A stretch of 64,000 nt of DNA, from the NCBI GenBank assembly GCA_013426185.1, contig CP058602.1, forward strand, positions 335,123-399,122, read 5' to 3'. Below, piece by piece: positions 19,324 to 27,956 of this stretch. Position 1 is the first letter of the stretch. Each line of letters starts with the position of its first letter. The notes under the pieces were generated by a model, which saw only the letters and a program-made list of their open reading frames with translations, was not told the DNA's origin and ran no database searches. The translations under genes and the position numbers were made by a program. Origin of the DNA: Candidatus Woesebacteria bacterium. GTDB lineage: Bacteria > Patescibacteriota > Microgenomatia > UBA8517.

Positions 19324-20786
19324 TTTTTCTTTTTCAAAAGTGGCCTCATTGTGGGGAAAAGAATCACCTCTTTTATACTCCAAGTATTGGTAAAAAACAT
19401 TGTTAAGCGATCAATGCCAATGCCAATGCCTCCAATAGGAGGCATTCCATATTCCATCGCCTCCAAGAAATCCTCGTCAACCTGTTGCGCTTCCTCTCTA
19501 TCTTTTCTTGCCGCTTTAACATCTGATTCAAATCTTTTTCGCTGAATCAAAGGATCGTTAAGCTCGCTCCAGCCGTCGCAAATTTCCTTGCCACCTACAT
19601 ATCCCTCAAATCTTTCAACCCAACCTGGCTCATCTGCTTTAGATTTAGAAAGAGGACTAACAGCTTCAGGATAGTCAATTATCCAAACAGGATCAATCAA
19701 AAGGTCTGTAACCTTATGCTCAAAAATGGTGTAAATCAATTGGCCCTTGTTTTCTCCACCCACAAGCTCGATTTCATTCTTGCGACAATAATCAGTCAAA
19801 AACGATTCAGAAGTTCCTAAAACATCAATTCCCAGCTTCTCGCGAATAATATCCACCATTTTAATTCGCGGCCACTTTTTGGAAATATCAATTTCCTGCT
19901 CCCCAACTTTTATTTTCATCTTGCCAAAAATAGATTTAGCCAGATGCTTAAAAAGCCCTTCTGTTACATCCATCACACGATGATAATCAGCATAGGCTTC
20001 GTAGTATTCAATCATTGTAAACTCTGGGTTGTGAGTTAAATCCATACCTTCATTTCTAAAATCCTTGCAAATCTCATAAACCTTCTCATAACCACCAACC
20101 AAAAGTCGCTTCAAATAAAGCTCGTCTGCAATTCTTAAATACATATCGCAATCCAAAGCGTTAAGATGGGTCTTAAAAGGCTTGGCATTAGCACCGCCAT
20201 AAAGAGGCTGCAGGGTTGGAGTTTCAACTTCCTGATAACCCAGACTATCAAGATAATTTCTAATCTCACGAACCAATTTAGTTCTTGTCAAAAACCTTTG
20301 CTTTACTTCAGGATTTAAAAGTAAATCAAGATAACGCTTGCGATAACGTTCCTCAATATCCTTTAGGCCATACCAAGAGGAAGGTAGTGGCCGAATAGCC
20401 TTTGACAAAAACTGAAAATCAGAAACACGAACAGTTATCTCCCCTGCCTGGGTCTTAATCACCTCGCCTGAGACAGCCAAAAAATCACCAGTATCAAAAA
20501 GAGAGATTAAAGAATAGCTCTCACCCAAAACATTTTTCTGAAAAAGAAGCTGAATAGAAGCTGTAAAATCTTCCAGATCAAGGAAAGAGGCGCCTCCATG
20601 AATTCTTATAGCTCTGATTCTACCTGCAACCAAAACGTTTTTACCCAAAGACTCACGAGCGTGAGAAATAGCCACCCTTTCCCCTTTTAAAGAAATAGAC
20701 GAAGGATAAGGATTAACGCCAAGTTTTAAGAGTTCCTCTTTTTTCTTCAACCTGTCGCTTCTAATTTTAGTTATCCTCTGGGCCAT
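19320..20786 (-). CDS. lysS: Lysyl-tRNA synthetase (class II)
   Basis: RYRKRYLDL, EVETPTL, YLRIADELYLKRL, FRNEG, HNPEFTMIE, GIGIDRL. Confidence 0.98.
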   Translation of the reverse strand: MAQRITKIRSDRLKKKEELLKLGVNPYPSSISLKGERVAISHARESLGKNVLVAGRIRAIRIHGGASFLDLEDFTASIQLLFQKNVLGESYSLISLFDTGDFLAVSGEVIKTQAGEITVRVSDFQFLSKAIRPLPSSWYGLKDIEERYRKRYLDLLLNPEVKQRFLTRTKLVREIRNYLDSLGYQEVETPTLQPLYGGANAKPFKTHLNALDCDMYLRIADELYLKRLLVGGYEKVYEICKDFRNEGMDLTHNPEFTMIEYYEAYADYHRVMDVTEGLFKHLAKSIFGKMKIKVGEQEIDISKKWPRIKMVDIIREKLGIDVLGTSESFLTDYCRKNEIELVGGENKGQLIYTIFEHKVTDLLIDPVWIIDYPEAVSPLSKSKADEPGWVERFEGYVGGKEICDGWSELNDPLIQRKRFESDVKAARKDREEAQQVDEDFLEAMEYGMPPIGGIGIGIDRLTMFFTNTWSIKEVILFPTMRPLLKKKK

Positions 20787-20829
20787 AATAAGCCTAGTAT
20801 AAATTGAAGAGGCCCTTTTTACAAGAAGA

Positions 20830-21294
20830 CTATTCTATATCGACAATTTCGTAAACCATTGTTCCGGCCGGCGCTTCAACAGAGACCTTGTCGCCCTTGG
20901 TTCTACCAACCAAAGCCTGTCCCAAAGGAGAAGAAAGAGAAATCTTCTTCTCAGCTGGATTTGCTTCCCACTCACCAACTATACGAAAGATATTTTCCTG
21001 ACCGTTAATTTTGACTCGCACTGAGTTACCAACATCAACTGTCCTATTGTCAGTACTTACCTCCACAATCTTAGCATTCTTAATTATCTCCTCTAGCTCA
21101 GAAATCCTGCCATCCAAGAAATCAAGTTCCTCACGAGCATTTTGATAATCACTGTTTTCCGAGAGATCTCCATGAGATCTGGCGTTGGCAAGCCTCTCAA
21201 CAAGCTTAGGCCGCTTTTCTTCCACTAAAACCCTAAGCTCTTTTTGCAGAGCCTCAAAACCTTCCTTGGTAAATTTAGCTTTTGTATCAACCAT
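20830..21294 (-). CDS. greA: Transcription elongation factor GreA
   Basis: ARSHGDLSENSDY and ISLSSPLGQALVG; start at ATG 21294. Confidence 0.95.
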   Translation of the reverse strand: MVDTKAKFTKEGFEALQKELRVLVEEKRPKLVERLANARSHGDLSENSDYQNAREELDFLDGRISELEEIIKNAKIVEVSTDNRTVDVGNSVRVKINGQENIFRIVGEWEANPAEKKISLSSPLGQALVGRTKGDKVSVEAPAGTMVYEIVDIE

Positions 21295-21298
21295 GTTT

Positions 21299-21329
21299 AA
21301 AAGAAAAAAGGCCGTTTCAAATAAACGGC
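21299..21329 (-). terminator. Intrinsic terminator inside the greA 5' leader (attenuator)
   Basis: Minus strand GCCGTTT-ATTTG-AAACGGC then CTTTTTTCTTTT, between the promoter and the greA ATG. Confidence 0.7.
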
Positions 21330-21351
21330 TCAACGAATTAATTACAAAGGG

Positions 21352-21380
21352 ATTTTAGGCTTAAGCTAAACTCTTGTCAA
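21352..21380 (-). promoter_or_regulatory. sigma70 promoter of greA
   Basis: TTGACA (21375-21380), 17 bp, TAAAAT (21352-21357). Confidence 0.8.
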
Positions 21381-21464
21381 TACTTCAAAAAATATCAAAA
21401 GCAGACAACAAAATTAGAGATCAAGCTCAACTATAATAGGATATTATATCAAAATATGTCAAAA

Positions 21465-21731
21465 ATAACAATTAACAAATTAACAGTTAACAAATTAACT
21501 TAAAAATAGAACAAAGGGAAAATTACAAATTACAAATTCCAATATACAAACAATATACAAGTACCAATAAACAAATTACAAACAGATTATAGAATCTAGA
21601 TTTAGGATTTAAGATTTAAGAATTCCTGCTTCCTAATTACTACTTTCTACTTGCGTTTCTTTTACCTTTTACCTCTTGCCTTTTACCCTCTAGGAATTTT
21701 GCTTTCTACTTCCTGCATTCTACTTTCTACT
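21465..21731. repeat. Heptamer-repeat mosaic array A
   Basis: Runs of AAATTAC, GATTTAA, CTTTCTA and CTTTTAC; modules shared with arrays B-F. Confidence 0.85.
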
Positions 21732-21757
21732 GATTTTTGTGCTAAAATAACTTACTC

Positions 21758-21830
21758 GGCGCTATCGTCTAGAGGCCCAGGACGGCAGGTTCTCATCCTG
21801 CAAACCCCGGTTCGAATCCGGGTAGCGTCA
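21758..21830 (+). tRNA. tRNA-Glu (anticodon CTC)
   Basis: Acceptor GGCGCTA/TAGCGTC, anticodon arm GCAGG-TTCTCAT-CCTGC, T-loop GTTCGAATC; CCA not encoded. Confidence 0.95.
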
Positions 21831-21837
21831 CACAATA

Positions 21838-22181
21838 ACTTAAAACTTAAAACTTAAAAATCAAAAGTCAAAAAAAGTGGATTACAGATTACAGAATACA
21901 GATTAGAGAATAAAATTACAAATCCTAATATCTAAATTCCAAATTCTAATTTCTAAATCCTAAATTCTAAACAATTCTACAATGATCCAATTCCTCAAAT
22001 CACAAACAAATAAATCCCAACTTTGAACTTTTAATTTTGAACTTTGAACTCCTGAGGATAGATTTTGGATTATAGATTATAGATTATAGAATTTTGCTTT
22101 CTACTTTCTACTTACTACTTTCTACTTGCGTTTCTTTTACCTTTTACCTCTTGCCTTTTACCTATTATCATACTTGATACT
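21838..22181. repeat. Heptamer-repeat mosaic array B
   Basis: AAAACTT, GATTACA, AAATTCT, ACTTTGA, GATTATA, CTTTCTA and CTTTTAC modules. Confidence 0.85.
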
Positions 22182-22225
22182 AATCTCGGCCAGATTCGGC
22201 TAATTCCGACAGCTATATCTAGTCA

Positions 22226-24634
22226 TCAAGCCACAAGAACACTAGGAGAAAGATCGCGATTTTTCCCTGCAGCAATCTCTTTAAACGGATCTTTGATCAA
22301 AGCTAACTTTAGAACTTCGCGCATATCTTCTACAAAAACAAATTTTATGCTCTTTTTTACCTCGCTTGGCACATCATCCATATCCTTCTTATTACCCTTA
22401 GGCAAAATAATGGTCTTTAAGCCAGCTCGATACCCTGCAATAACTTTCTCTTTTACTCCGCCTATTTCCATCACTTTTCCACGAAGTGTAATTTCTCCTG
22501 TCATCCCAACTTCCTTCTTAACTGGAATACCAGTTAATGCCGATATCAAAGCTGTAGTTAAGGCAATACCAGCTGAAGGACCATCTTTAGGAACTGCTCC
22601 TTCGGGAACATGGATATGAATATCAGTTTTACTACCAAAATCAGGTTTCAAACCAAACTCTCGCCAATGAGATCTTGCCCAGCTGAAAGCGGCTTTAGCC
22701 GATTCTTTCATCACCTCACCAAGCTGCCCTGTCAGATAAAGCTTTCCTTTCCCGGGCATTAGAGCTACTTCAACAAAAAGAATTTCACCACCTGCTGCAG
22801 TTACAGCAAGACCAGTAACCACCCCAACCTCGTCTTTTTTCTCTGCCAACGCCGACGAAAACTTCCTTGGACCCAAAAACTTCCTTACCTCTCTAAGGCC
22901 GATCTTCTTGGGACATGGCTTTTTCTCAGCCACGCTTCTTGCAATTTTGCGACAAATAGTTGCAAGCATACGTTCAAGCTCACGAACTCCAGCTTCTTTG
23001 GTATATCTTTCTATAATTTCATCCAATGCCTCTTTGGTTAATTTAATCTTTTTGTCTTCAAGACCATGAAGTTTTAATTGCTTTGGCCACAAGAATTCTT
23101 CTGCAATCTTTTGCTTTTCGTTTTGGGTATAGCCTGGAAAGCGGATTATTTCCATTCTATCGCGTAATGGATCAATAATATTTTCTGCCACATTGCCAGT
23201 TGCGATAAACATTACTTTGGAAAGATCAAAAGGCACCTCAAGATAATGGTCAGAAAACTCCTTATTTTGCTCAGGATCCAAGGCCTCAAGAAGAGCAGAC
23301 GAAGGATCACCTCTAAAATCAACGCCCAATTTATCTATTTCATCAAGCATAAAAACTGGGTTTTTGGTCTTGGCATTCTTAATCCCCTGAATTATCCTGC
23401 CAGGCAGAGCACCGACATAAGTTCGCCTATGGCCTCTGATTTCTGCTTCATCACGAATGCCACCAAGAGAAACTCTGACAAAACTCCTACCCAAAGCCTT
23501 AGCTATTGAGCGGCCAATTGAAGTTTTACCCACTCCAGGCGGTCCAACAAAACAAAAAATGGTGGGTTGCGCATCTTGAGACTTTTTACCCTTCTTGATC
23601 TTCATAACCGCTAGATATTCAAGGATTCTTTCCTTTACCTTTTCAAGCCCGTAGTGGTCTTTTTTCAAAATAGAAGCCGCTTTTTTAATAGAGATATTAT
23701 TTGGAGACTCTTTGCTCCAAGGCATATCACAAAGCCAGTCAAGATAATTCCTAATATAGCCGCTTTCAGGATTTTGGATAGGCATCTGCATTAAACGCTT
23801 AAGCTCTTTCTGAGCTTTTTCTTCAACATCTTTGGGCATTTTTGCCTCTTTAATTTTCTTTTTATACATTTTTACCTCGTCCGAATCTAGCTCCGATTCT
23901 TCTTCTCCCAGCTCCTCCTCAATAGCACGTTTTTTCTCCCTTAACATTGCCCTCCTTACTTGATCCTCAAATTTCTTCTGGGTCTTTGAGCTTATACTTC
24001 TTTCAATTTCAAGAACATTAACCTCGCGCAAAAGAGCTTCAAAAACCGACCTCAACCTTTTAAGGAGCGAGGTTTCTTCTAAAAGTTTTATCCTTTCCTC
24101 GGTCGAGACCTCAAGCAAAGAAGCAACCTGATCGGCAAGCTCAACTGGGGTTGACTGTCCAGAGACAACCTTCATCACAGTAACTATTTCAGCCTGCTTA
24201 CCCAACTTAATTGCTCTTTTGAAAAGATCTACTATTCTTTTTGCCAAAGCATCTACTTCTGGAGAATCTTCTTTTTGTTCTTCAATTTCAATAACATCAG
24301 CTATCAAAAAAGGTTCTGTTTTGACCAAATTTTGGATTTTAATTCTTGCCTGACCGCGAACCAAGGCATGGACATCCTCTTCAGAAGACATCATCTGGGC
24401 AATCGTAGCAATAGTACCCACTTCGTAAAGATCTTTAAGTTTAGGATCCAACAGCTCGGGGTCTTTTTGAGTAAAAATAGCCACTACCCTCTGAGACTGA
24501 AAAGCATTATTAATAGCCAAAACCGACTTAGGCCTACCAAAAGAAAGAATATTATCGGTATGCGGAAAAACTACCGAATCTCGAATAGCAATTACTGGAA
24601 TTTGTCTTAAAACTTTAACTAATTTCTCGCTCAT
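22226..24634 (-). CDS. lon: ATP-dependent protease La
   Basis: LON N-domain, GPPGVGKTS Walker A, DEIDK, PKDGPSAG catalytic Ser; start ATG 24634. Confidence 0.97.
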   Translation of the reverse strand: MSEKLVKVLRQIPVIAIRDSVVFPHTDNILSFGRPKSVLAINNAFQSQRVVAIFTQKDPELLDPKLKDLYEVGTIATIAQMMSSEEDVHALVRGQARIKIQNLVKTEPFLIADVIEIEEQKEDSPEVDALAKRIVDLFKRAIKLGKQAEIVTVMKVVSGQSTPVELADQVASLLEVSTEERIKLLEETSLLKRLRSVFEALLREVNVLEIERSISSKTQKKFEDQVRRAMLREKKRAIEEELGEEESELDSDEVKMYKKKIKEAKMPKDVEEKAQKELKRLMQMPIQNPESGYIRNYLDWLCDMPWSKESPNNISIKKAASILKKDHYGLEKVKERILEYLAVMKIKKGKKSQDAQPTIFCFVGPPGVGKTSIGRSIAKALGRSFVRVSLGGIRDEAEIRGHRRTYVGALPGRIIQGIKNAKTKNPVFMLDEIDKLGVDFRGDPSSALLEALDPEQNKEFSDHYLEVPFDLSKVMFIATGNVAENIIDPLRDRMEIIRFPGYTQNEKQKIAEEFLWPKQLKLHGLEDKKIKLTKEALDEIIERYTKEAGVRELERMLATICRKIARSVAEKKPCPKKIGLREVRKFLGPRKFSSALAEKKDEVGVVTGLAVTAAGGEILFVEVALMPGKGKLYLTGQLGEVMKESAKAAFSWARSHWREFGLKPDFGSKTDIHIHVPEGAVPKDGPSAGIALTTALISALTGIPVKKEVGMTGEITLRGKVMEIGGVKEKVIAGYRAGLKTIILPKGNKKDMDDVPSEVKKSIKFVFVEDMREVLKLALIKDPFKEIAAGKNRDLSPSVLVA

Positions 24635-24645
24635 ATTTGTTGGTT

Positions 24646-24679
24646 TTAGCAGTCTAAAACATTGTCTGCTAAAAGTCAA
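24646..24679 (-). promoter_or_regulatory. lon promoter with overlapping CIRCE-like (HrcA) operator
   Basis: TTAGCAGTC-N9-GTCTGCTAA at 24646-24672 versus consensus TTAGCACTC-N9-GAGTGCTAA; TTGACT (24674-24679), 17 bp, TAGACT (24651-24656). Confidence 0.75.
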
Positions 24680-24685
24680 GAGGTA

Positions 24686-25384
24686 TTATTTTCTTTTTAA
24701 ACCCTTATCCTTCAAAAACAAGGTCTCAAGCAACAAAGCAGTAAAAATACCTAAAGTTGCACCACCAAGAACATCAACTGGAAAATGGACTCTGCTTAAA
24801 ATTCTGCCAATTCCCACCAAACTGGCAAGAAAAAAATAAAATATTCCCAATTTTTTATCAATCAGAAAAATTGCAGTTGCCAAACCAAAAGCAGAGGCTG
24901 TATGACCAGAAGGAAAAGAATTATCAAGCGGTGTTGTCAAGGTCAAAGGATTTACTCCATTAAGCAAAAACGGGCGGACGGTAGGTAAAAGATCTTTGAA
25001 CATTTGTGACAAAACCCAAGCCATGAGACTTGAAACTAAAACAAAAAACAAATTTCGTTTTGGTATCTTGCCCAAGTAAAACCAAAAAAATAGACCCAGA
25101 TACATAAACCAAATTAAGAAACTGGCCAAGAAAGTAACCCAATTATTAGCACCTGAAAATAATAGCCTAAAATCGACAAGATTTTCATCTTGCCTAATTT
25201 GACTTATACCAAGGACCTTATTGCTCTCCCCTACCGGACGACTATTGCCAAAAAACAAAAAATTCGAGTAACTTTTACAACACTCAGATTTATGCCTAAG
25301 CCCAGTGTTTTGCCAAAGAGCAATAAGTGCAAAGGCAAAAAACAAAAGGGGTAAAAACAAAAGCAAAAATCTCTTTGAATTCAT
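24686..25384 (-). CDS. PAP2-family (undecaprenyl-diphosphate) phosphatase
   Basis: K...RP, SFPSGH, GRILSRVHFPVDVLGG. Confidence 0.9.
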   Translation of the reverse strand: MNSKRFLLLFLPLLFFAFALIALWQNTGLRHKSECCKSYSNFLFFGNSRPVGESNKVLGISQIRQDENLVDFRLLFSGANNWVTFLASFLIWFMYLGLFFWFYLGKIPKRNLFFVLVSSLMAWVLSQMFKDLLPTVRPFLLNGVNPLTLTTPLDNSFPSGHTASAFGLATAIFLIDKKLGIFYFFLASLVGIGRILSRVHFPVDVLGGATLGIFTALLLETLFLKDKGLKRK

Positions 25385-25412
25385 ATCTAATTAATGATAA
25401 CATCTTAGAGGA

Positions 25413-25778
25413 ATGAGTAAAACCCATTCAACATCAAAAAGTTTTGTATATGCTTCGGAAGGTTTGACAAAAGCTCTAAAAGATGAGCCTAATCTTAAAA
25501 TACATTTTGTCTTCGCCATTTTGGCAATTACTCTTGCCGTCATTTTAAAGCTGTCAAATATAGAATTTGCCATTCTGACGCTCAGTATTGGAATGGTCAT
25601 CACTCTTGAATTAATAAACACAATGCTTGAAGCCTTAGTAGATTTAGTCAGTCCTGAAATTAAACCTCAAGCAAAAGTTGCTAAAGACGTTTCAGCAGCT
25701 GCTGTGTTGATGTCCGCTATTGTCTCTTTAGTCATTGGAGCACTCCTCTTTCTGCCTAAGATTTTAGAACTTTTTTAA
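25413..25778 (+). CDS. dgkA: Diacylglycerol/undecaprenol kinase
   Basis: SFVYASEGL, EPNLKIH, ELINTMLEALVD, AKDVSAAAV. Confidence 0.9.
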   Translation: MSKTHSTSKSFVYASEGLTKALKDEPNLKIHFVFAILAITLAVILKLSNIEFAILTLSIGMVITLELINTMLEALVDLVSPEIKPQAKVAKDVSAAAVLMSAIVSLVIGALLFLPKILELF

Positions 25779-26512
25779 ACCACAAAACAAATAACAGCCA
25801 AAATCAGGCAGTAAAAAGCAAAAACTTTAAAATTGCGTGAGAGTAAAAATTTCAAAGCCAAGCTTATCGCCAAAAATCCAGACACAAAGCTTGCCAAAAA
25901 ACCTAAAGAATAAACACCAAAATTAATTTGAGAATCAAAGCCATACTTTAAAATCTGCAAGACGTTTGCTCCCAAAACAGCAGGAACAGAAAGTAAAAAG
26001 GAAAATCGAGCTGCTTCCTTTCTATCAAGACCTGAAACTATACCTGCAAAAATGGTAGAACCCGAACGGGAAACACCGGGGGTAATGGCCAAAGCTTGAA
26101 AAACTCCAATAATAAAGGAATTTTTATTATCTAATAAAGAGGAAGCTTTTTGTTTTCTGTCGGATATAAAATTGAAAATAGCGCTTAAAATCAAAGCTGC
26201 ACCAACCAGTCTAATGTTCTTAAAAAGAAGCTCTATCTGATCTGAAAATAAAAATCCCACAGCAACCGCAGGAATAGTTGCTATGACAATAAATTTCAAA
26301 TAAGAAAAGGAAAGCTTAAAAAAATCTTTTCTAAAATAAAAAAGAATAGCGAATAAAGTCCCAAGATGAAGTATGACATCAAAAAGAACTCCGGGTTGGT
26401 AGAATGAAGGAAACAAAGACTGGATTAAAACAAGATGAGCCGATGAGGAAACAGGCAAAAATTCTGTCAATCCCTGAACAACACCTAATACTAAAGCTTG
26501 AAAATAATTCAT
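25775..26512 (-). CDS. uppP: Undecaprenyl-diphosphatase BacA/UppP
   Basis: GVVQGLTEFLPVSSSAHL, PGVSRSGSTI, AARFSFLL. Confidence 0.95.
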   Translation of the reverse strand: MNYFQALVLGVVQGLTEFLPVSSSAHLVLIQSLFPSFYQPGVLFDVILHLGTLFAILFYFRKDFFKLSFSYLKFIVIATIPAVAVGFLFSDQIELLFKNIRLVGAALILSAIFNFISDRKQKASSLLDNKNSFIIGVFQALAITPGVSRSGSTIFAGIVSGLDRKEAARFSFLLSVPAVLGANVLQILKYGFDSQINFGVYSLGFLASFVSGFLAISLALKFLLSRNFKVFAFYCLILAVICFVV

Positions 26513-26524
26513 AAAACTAATATA

Positions 26525-27196
26525 TCATAAGTCTAAAGCAAAGTTTTGCCAATTATCGGAATTTAATTTCTCAAGTGAAACTGAATTTTCTACTTTAAGA
26601 TCGCCTATTAAGAGGCGTCTTAATGAAGAAAGAAAAGCACCTGTCTCAAGTTTTCTGCCAATATCACGCGCAAGAGCGCGAATATAAGTGCCAGATGAGA
26701 CTTTACAAATTATTTTTATTTTTGGATAAGAATAATCAGCTACTTTAATTGAATAAACCGTTATTTTTCTTGGCTTGAGTCTTAAAAAATTCCCTTTTCT
26801 TGCCATCTCGTAGGATTTTTTGCCCTTAATTTTGACGGCAGAAAAGAATGGAGGCGTTTGCTCCTTTTCCCCCTCAAAACTTTTGATAGCTTCCAGAATT
26901 TCTTCTCTAGAAGGCACTCTATCACTTCTTAATCCATCTTGCCTTGTTTCTCCTGTTATATCATCTGTTGTTCTTTCTTCACCTAAAGTAATTTCCGCCT
27001 CATATTCTTTATCAAGACCTAAAAAATAAGAAAGCCTTGAAGTAGAATCTCTTCCAACCCCTAAAATCAAAAGGCCACTTGCAAAAGGATCAAGAGTACC
27101 AGCGTGGCCGACTCGTCTTTCCCCTGTAATCTTCCTTACCCTATCGACAACATCATGAGAAGTTATTCCGCAAGGCTTATCAATAAGTAAAAACAT
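26525..27196 (-). CDS. truB: tRNA pseudouridine(55) synthase
   Basis: DKPCGITSHDVV, GHAGTLDPFASG, SSGTYIRALARDIG. Confidence 0.95.
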   Translation of the reverse strand: MFLLIDKPCGITSHDVVDRVRKITGERRVGHAGTLDPFASGLLILGVGRDSTSRLSYFLGLDKEYEAEITLGEERTTDDITGETRQDGLRSDRVPSREEILEAIKSFEGEKEQTPPFFSAVKIKGKKSYEMARKGNFLRLKPRKITVYSIKVADYSYPKIKIICKVSSGTYIRALARDIGRKLETGAFLSSLRRLLIGDLKVENSVSLEKLNSDNWQNFALDL

Positions 27197-27234
27197 AAGC
27201 TTAATCTATCTCAAAAAAAGCTCTAAATCAACAC

Positions 27235-27265
27235 TACACCCCGGGTGTGTACTGAAGCGAAACCT
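27235..27265. repeat. 31-bp REP-like direct repeat, copy 1
   Basis: TACACCCCGGGTGTGTACTGAAGCGAAACCT; 27/31 identical to 27862-27892. Confidence 0.75.
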
Positions 27266-27395
27266 CCGTTTTTAGCAGCTACTTAAATCCACAAAAAAAC
27301 TTAATCTACTAAATAAAGATATTGCACTAAAATCAAAAAAGAGTTAAAATCATCCTCACTTGCACATTCAAATCTTTTTTCTAAGGAGAGTAAAG

Positions 27396-27776
27396 ATGTT
27401 AGTCAGACAAAGGATGATTTCCAAAACTATCCTGCTAGAATGGATCCGGAATATGGATCCCAAACATCAGCAAAAATTGGAGAATATTACACTATCATCA
27501 GGAGCAGAATTACTGACCATTGAAGAAGAAGCAAAAATTAAAGCTTACTTGGGTGTTTTTTTTGGAGAATATGAGATAAAATTACTAAACAAGCTAAGAG
27601 CAGACTGTAATGGCTTAAGAGGGGAAAAACCTTGCGACGGATGCCCAAGTAAAATTCTCATCTCCTTTGGATTAGCAAGATTTGACAACGGCAGAGGGGA
27701 AAAACTCCTCAAGGCAACCAAGTTTGCCTTCTACGAAGAGGTTCTATACCTCTTAGGAGTAATCAGAAGATTTTAG
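27396..27776 (+). CDS. Orphan hypothetical protein with a C-x8-CxxC motif
   Basis: Promoter TTGCAC-17-TAAAAT (27322-27350), SD AAGGAG, ATG 27396; followed by a long hairpin. Confidence 0.7.
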   Translation: MLVRQRMISKTILLEWIRNMDPKHQQKLENITLSSGAELLTIEEEAKIKAYLGVFFGEYEIKLLNKLRADCNGLRGEKPCDGCPSKILISFGLARFDNGRGEKLLKATKFAFYEEVLYLLGVIRRF

Positions 27777-27786
27777 ATTTTACCAC

Positions 27787-27839
27787 CCAAGTGGGTATTG
27801 ATTGACAAATCAACGCTGTCAAACTCAATACCCACTTGG
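27787..27839 (+). terminator. Long stem-loop downstream of the orphan gene
   Basis: CCAAGTGGGTATTGA (27787-27801) pairs perfectly with TCAATACCCACTTGG (27825-27839); inner TTGACA/TGTCAA; followed by CCTTATTTTTT. Confidence 0.7.
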
Positions 27840-27861
27840 CCTTATTTTTTACCTCAAAATG

Positions 27862-27892
27862 TACACCCCATGGGTGTACTGAAGCGACACCT
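27862..27892. repeat. 31-bp REP-like direct repeat, copy 2
   Basis: TACACCCCATGGGTGTACTGAAGCGACACCT. Confidence 0.75.
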
Positions 27893-27956
27893 GGGTAGAA
27901 TAAAACTAAAACACCTGCCTTTATTTTTACATCAAAAAAGATTAAAATATCCTCTT

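Noticed and set aside
21651-21857. 68-aa ORF on the + strand
   Set aside because: It spans repeat array A and the tRNA-Glu gene
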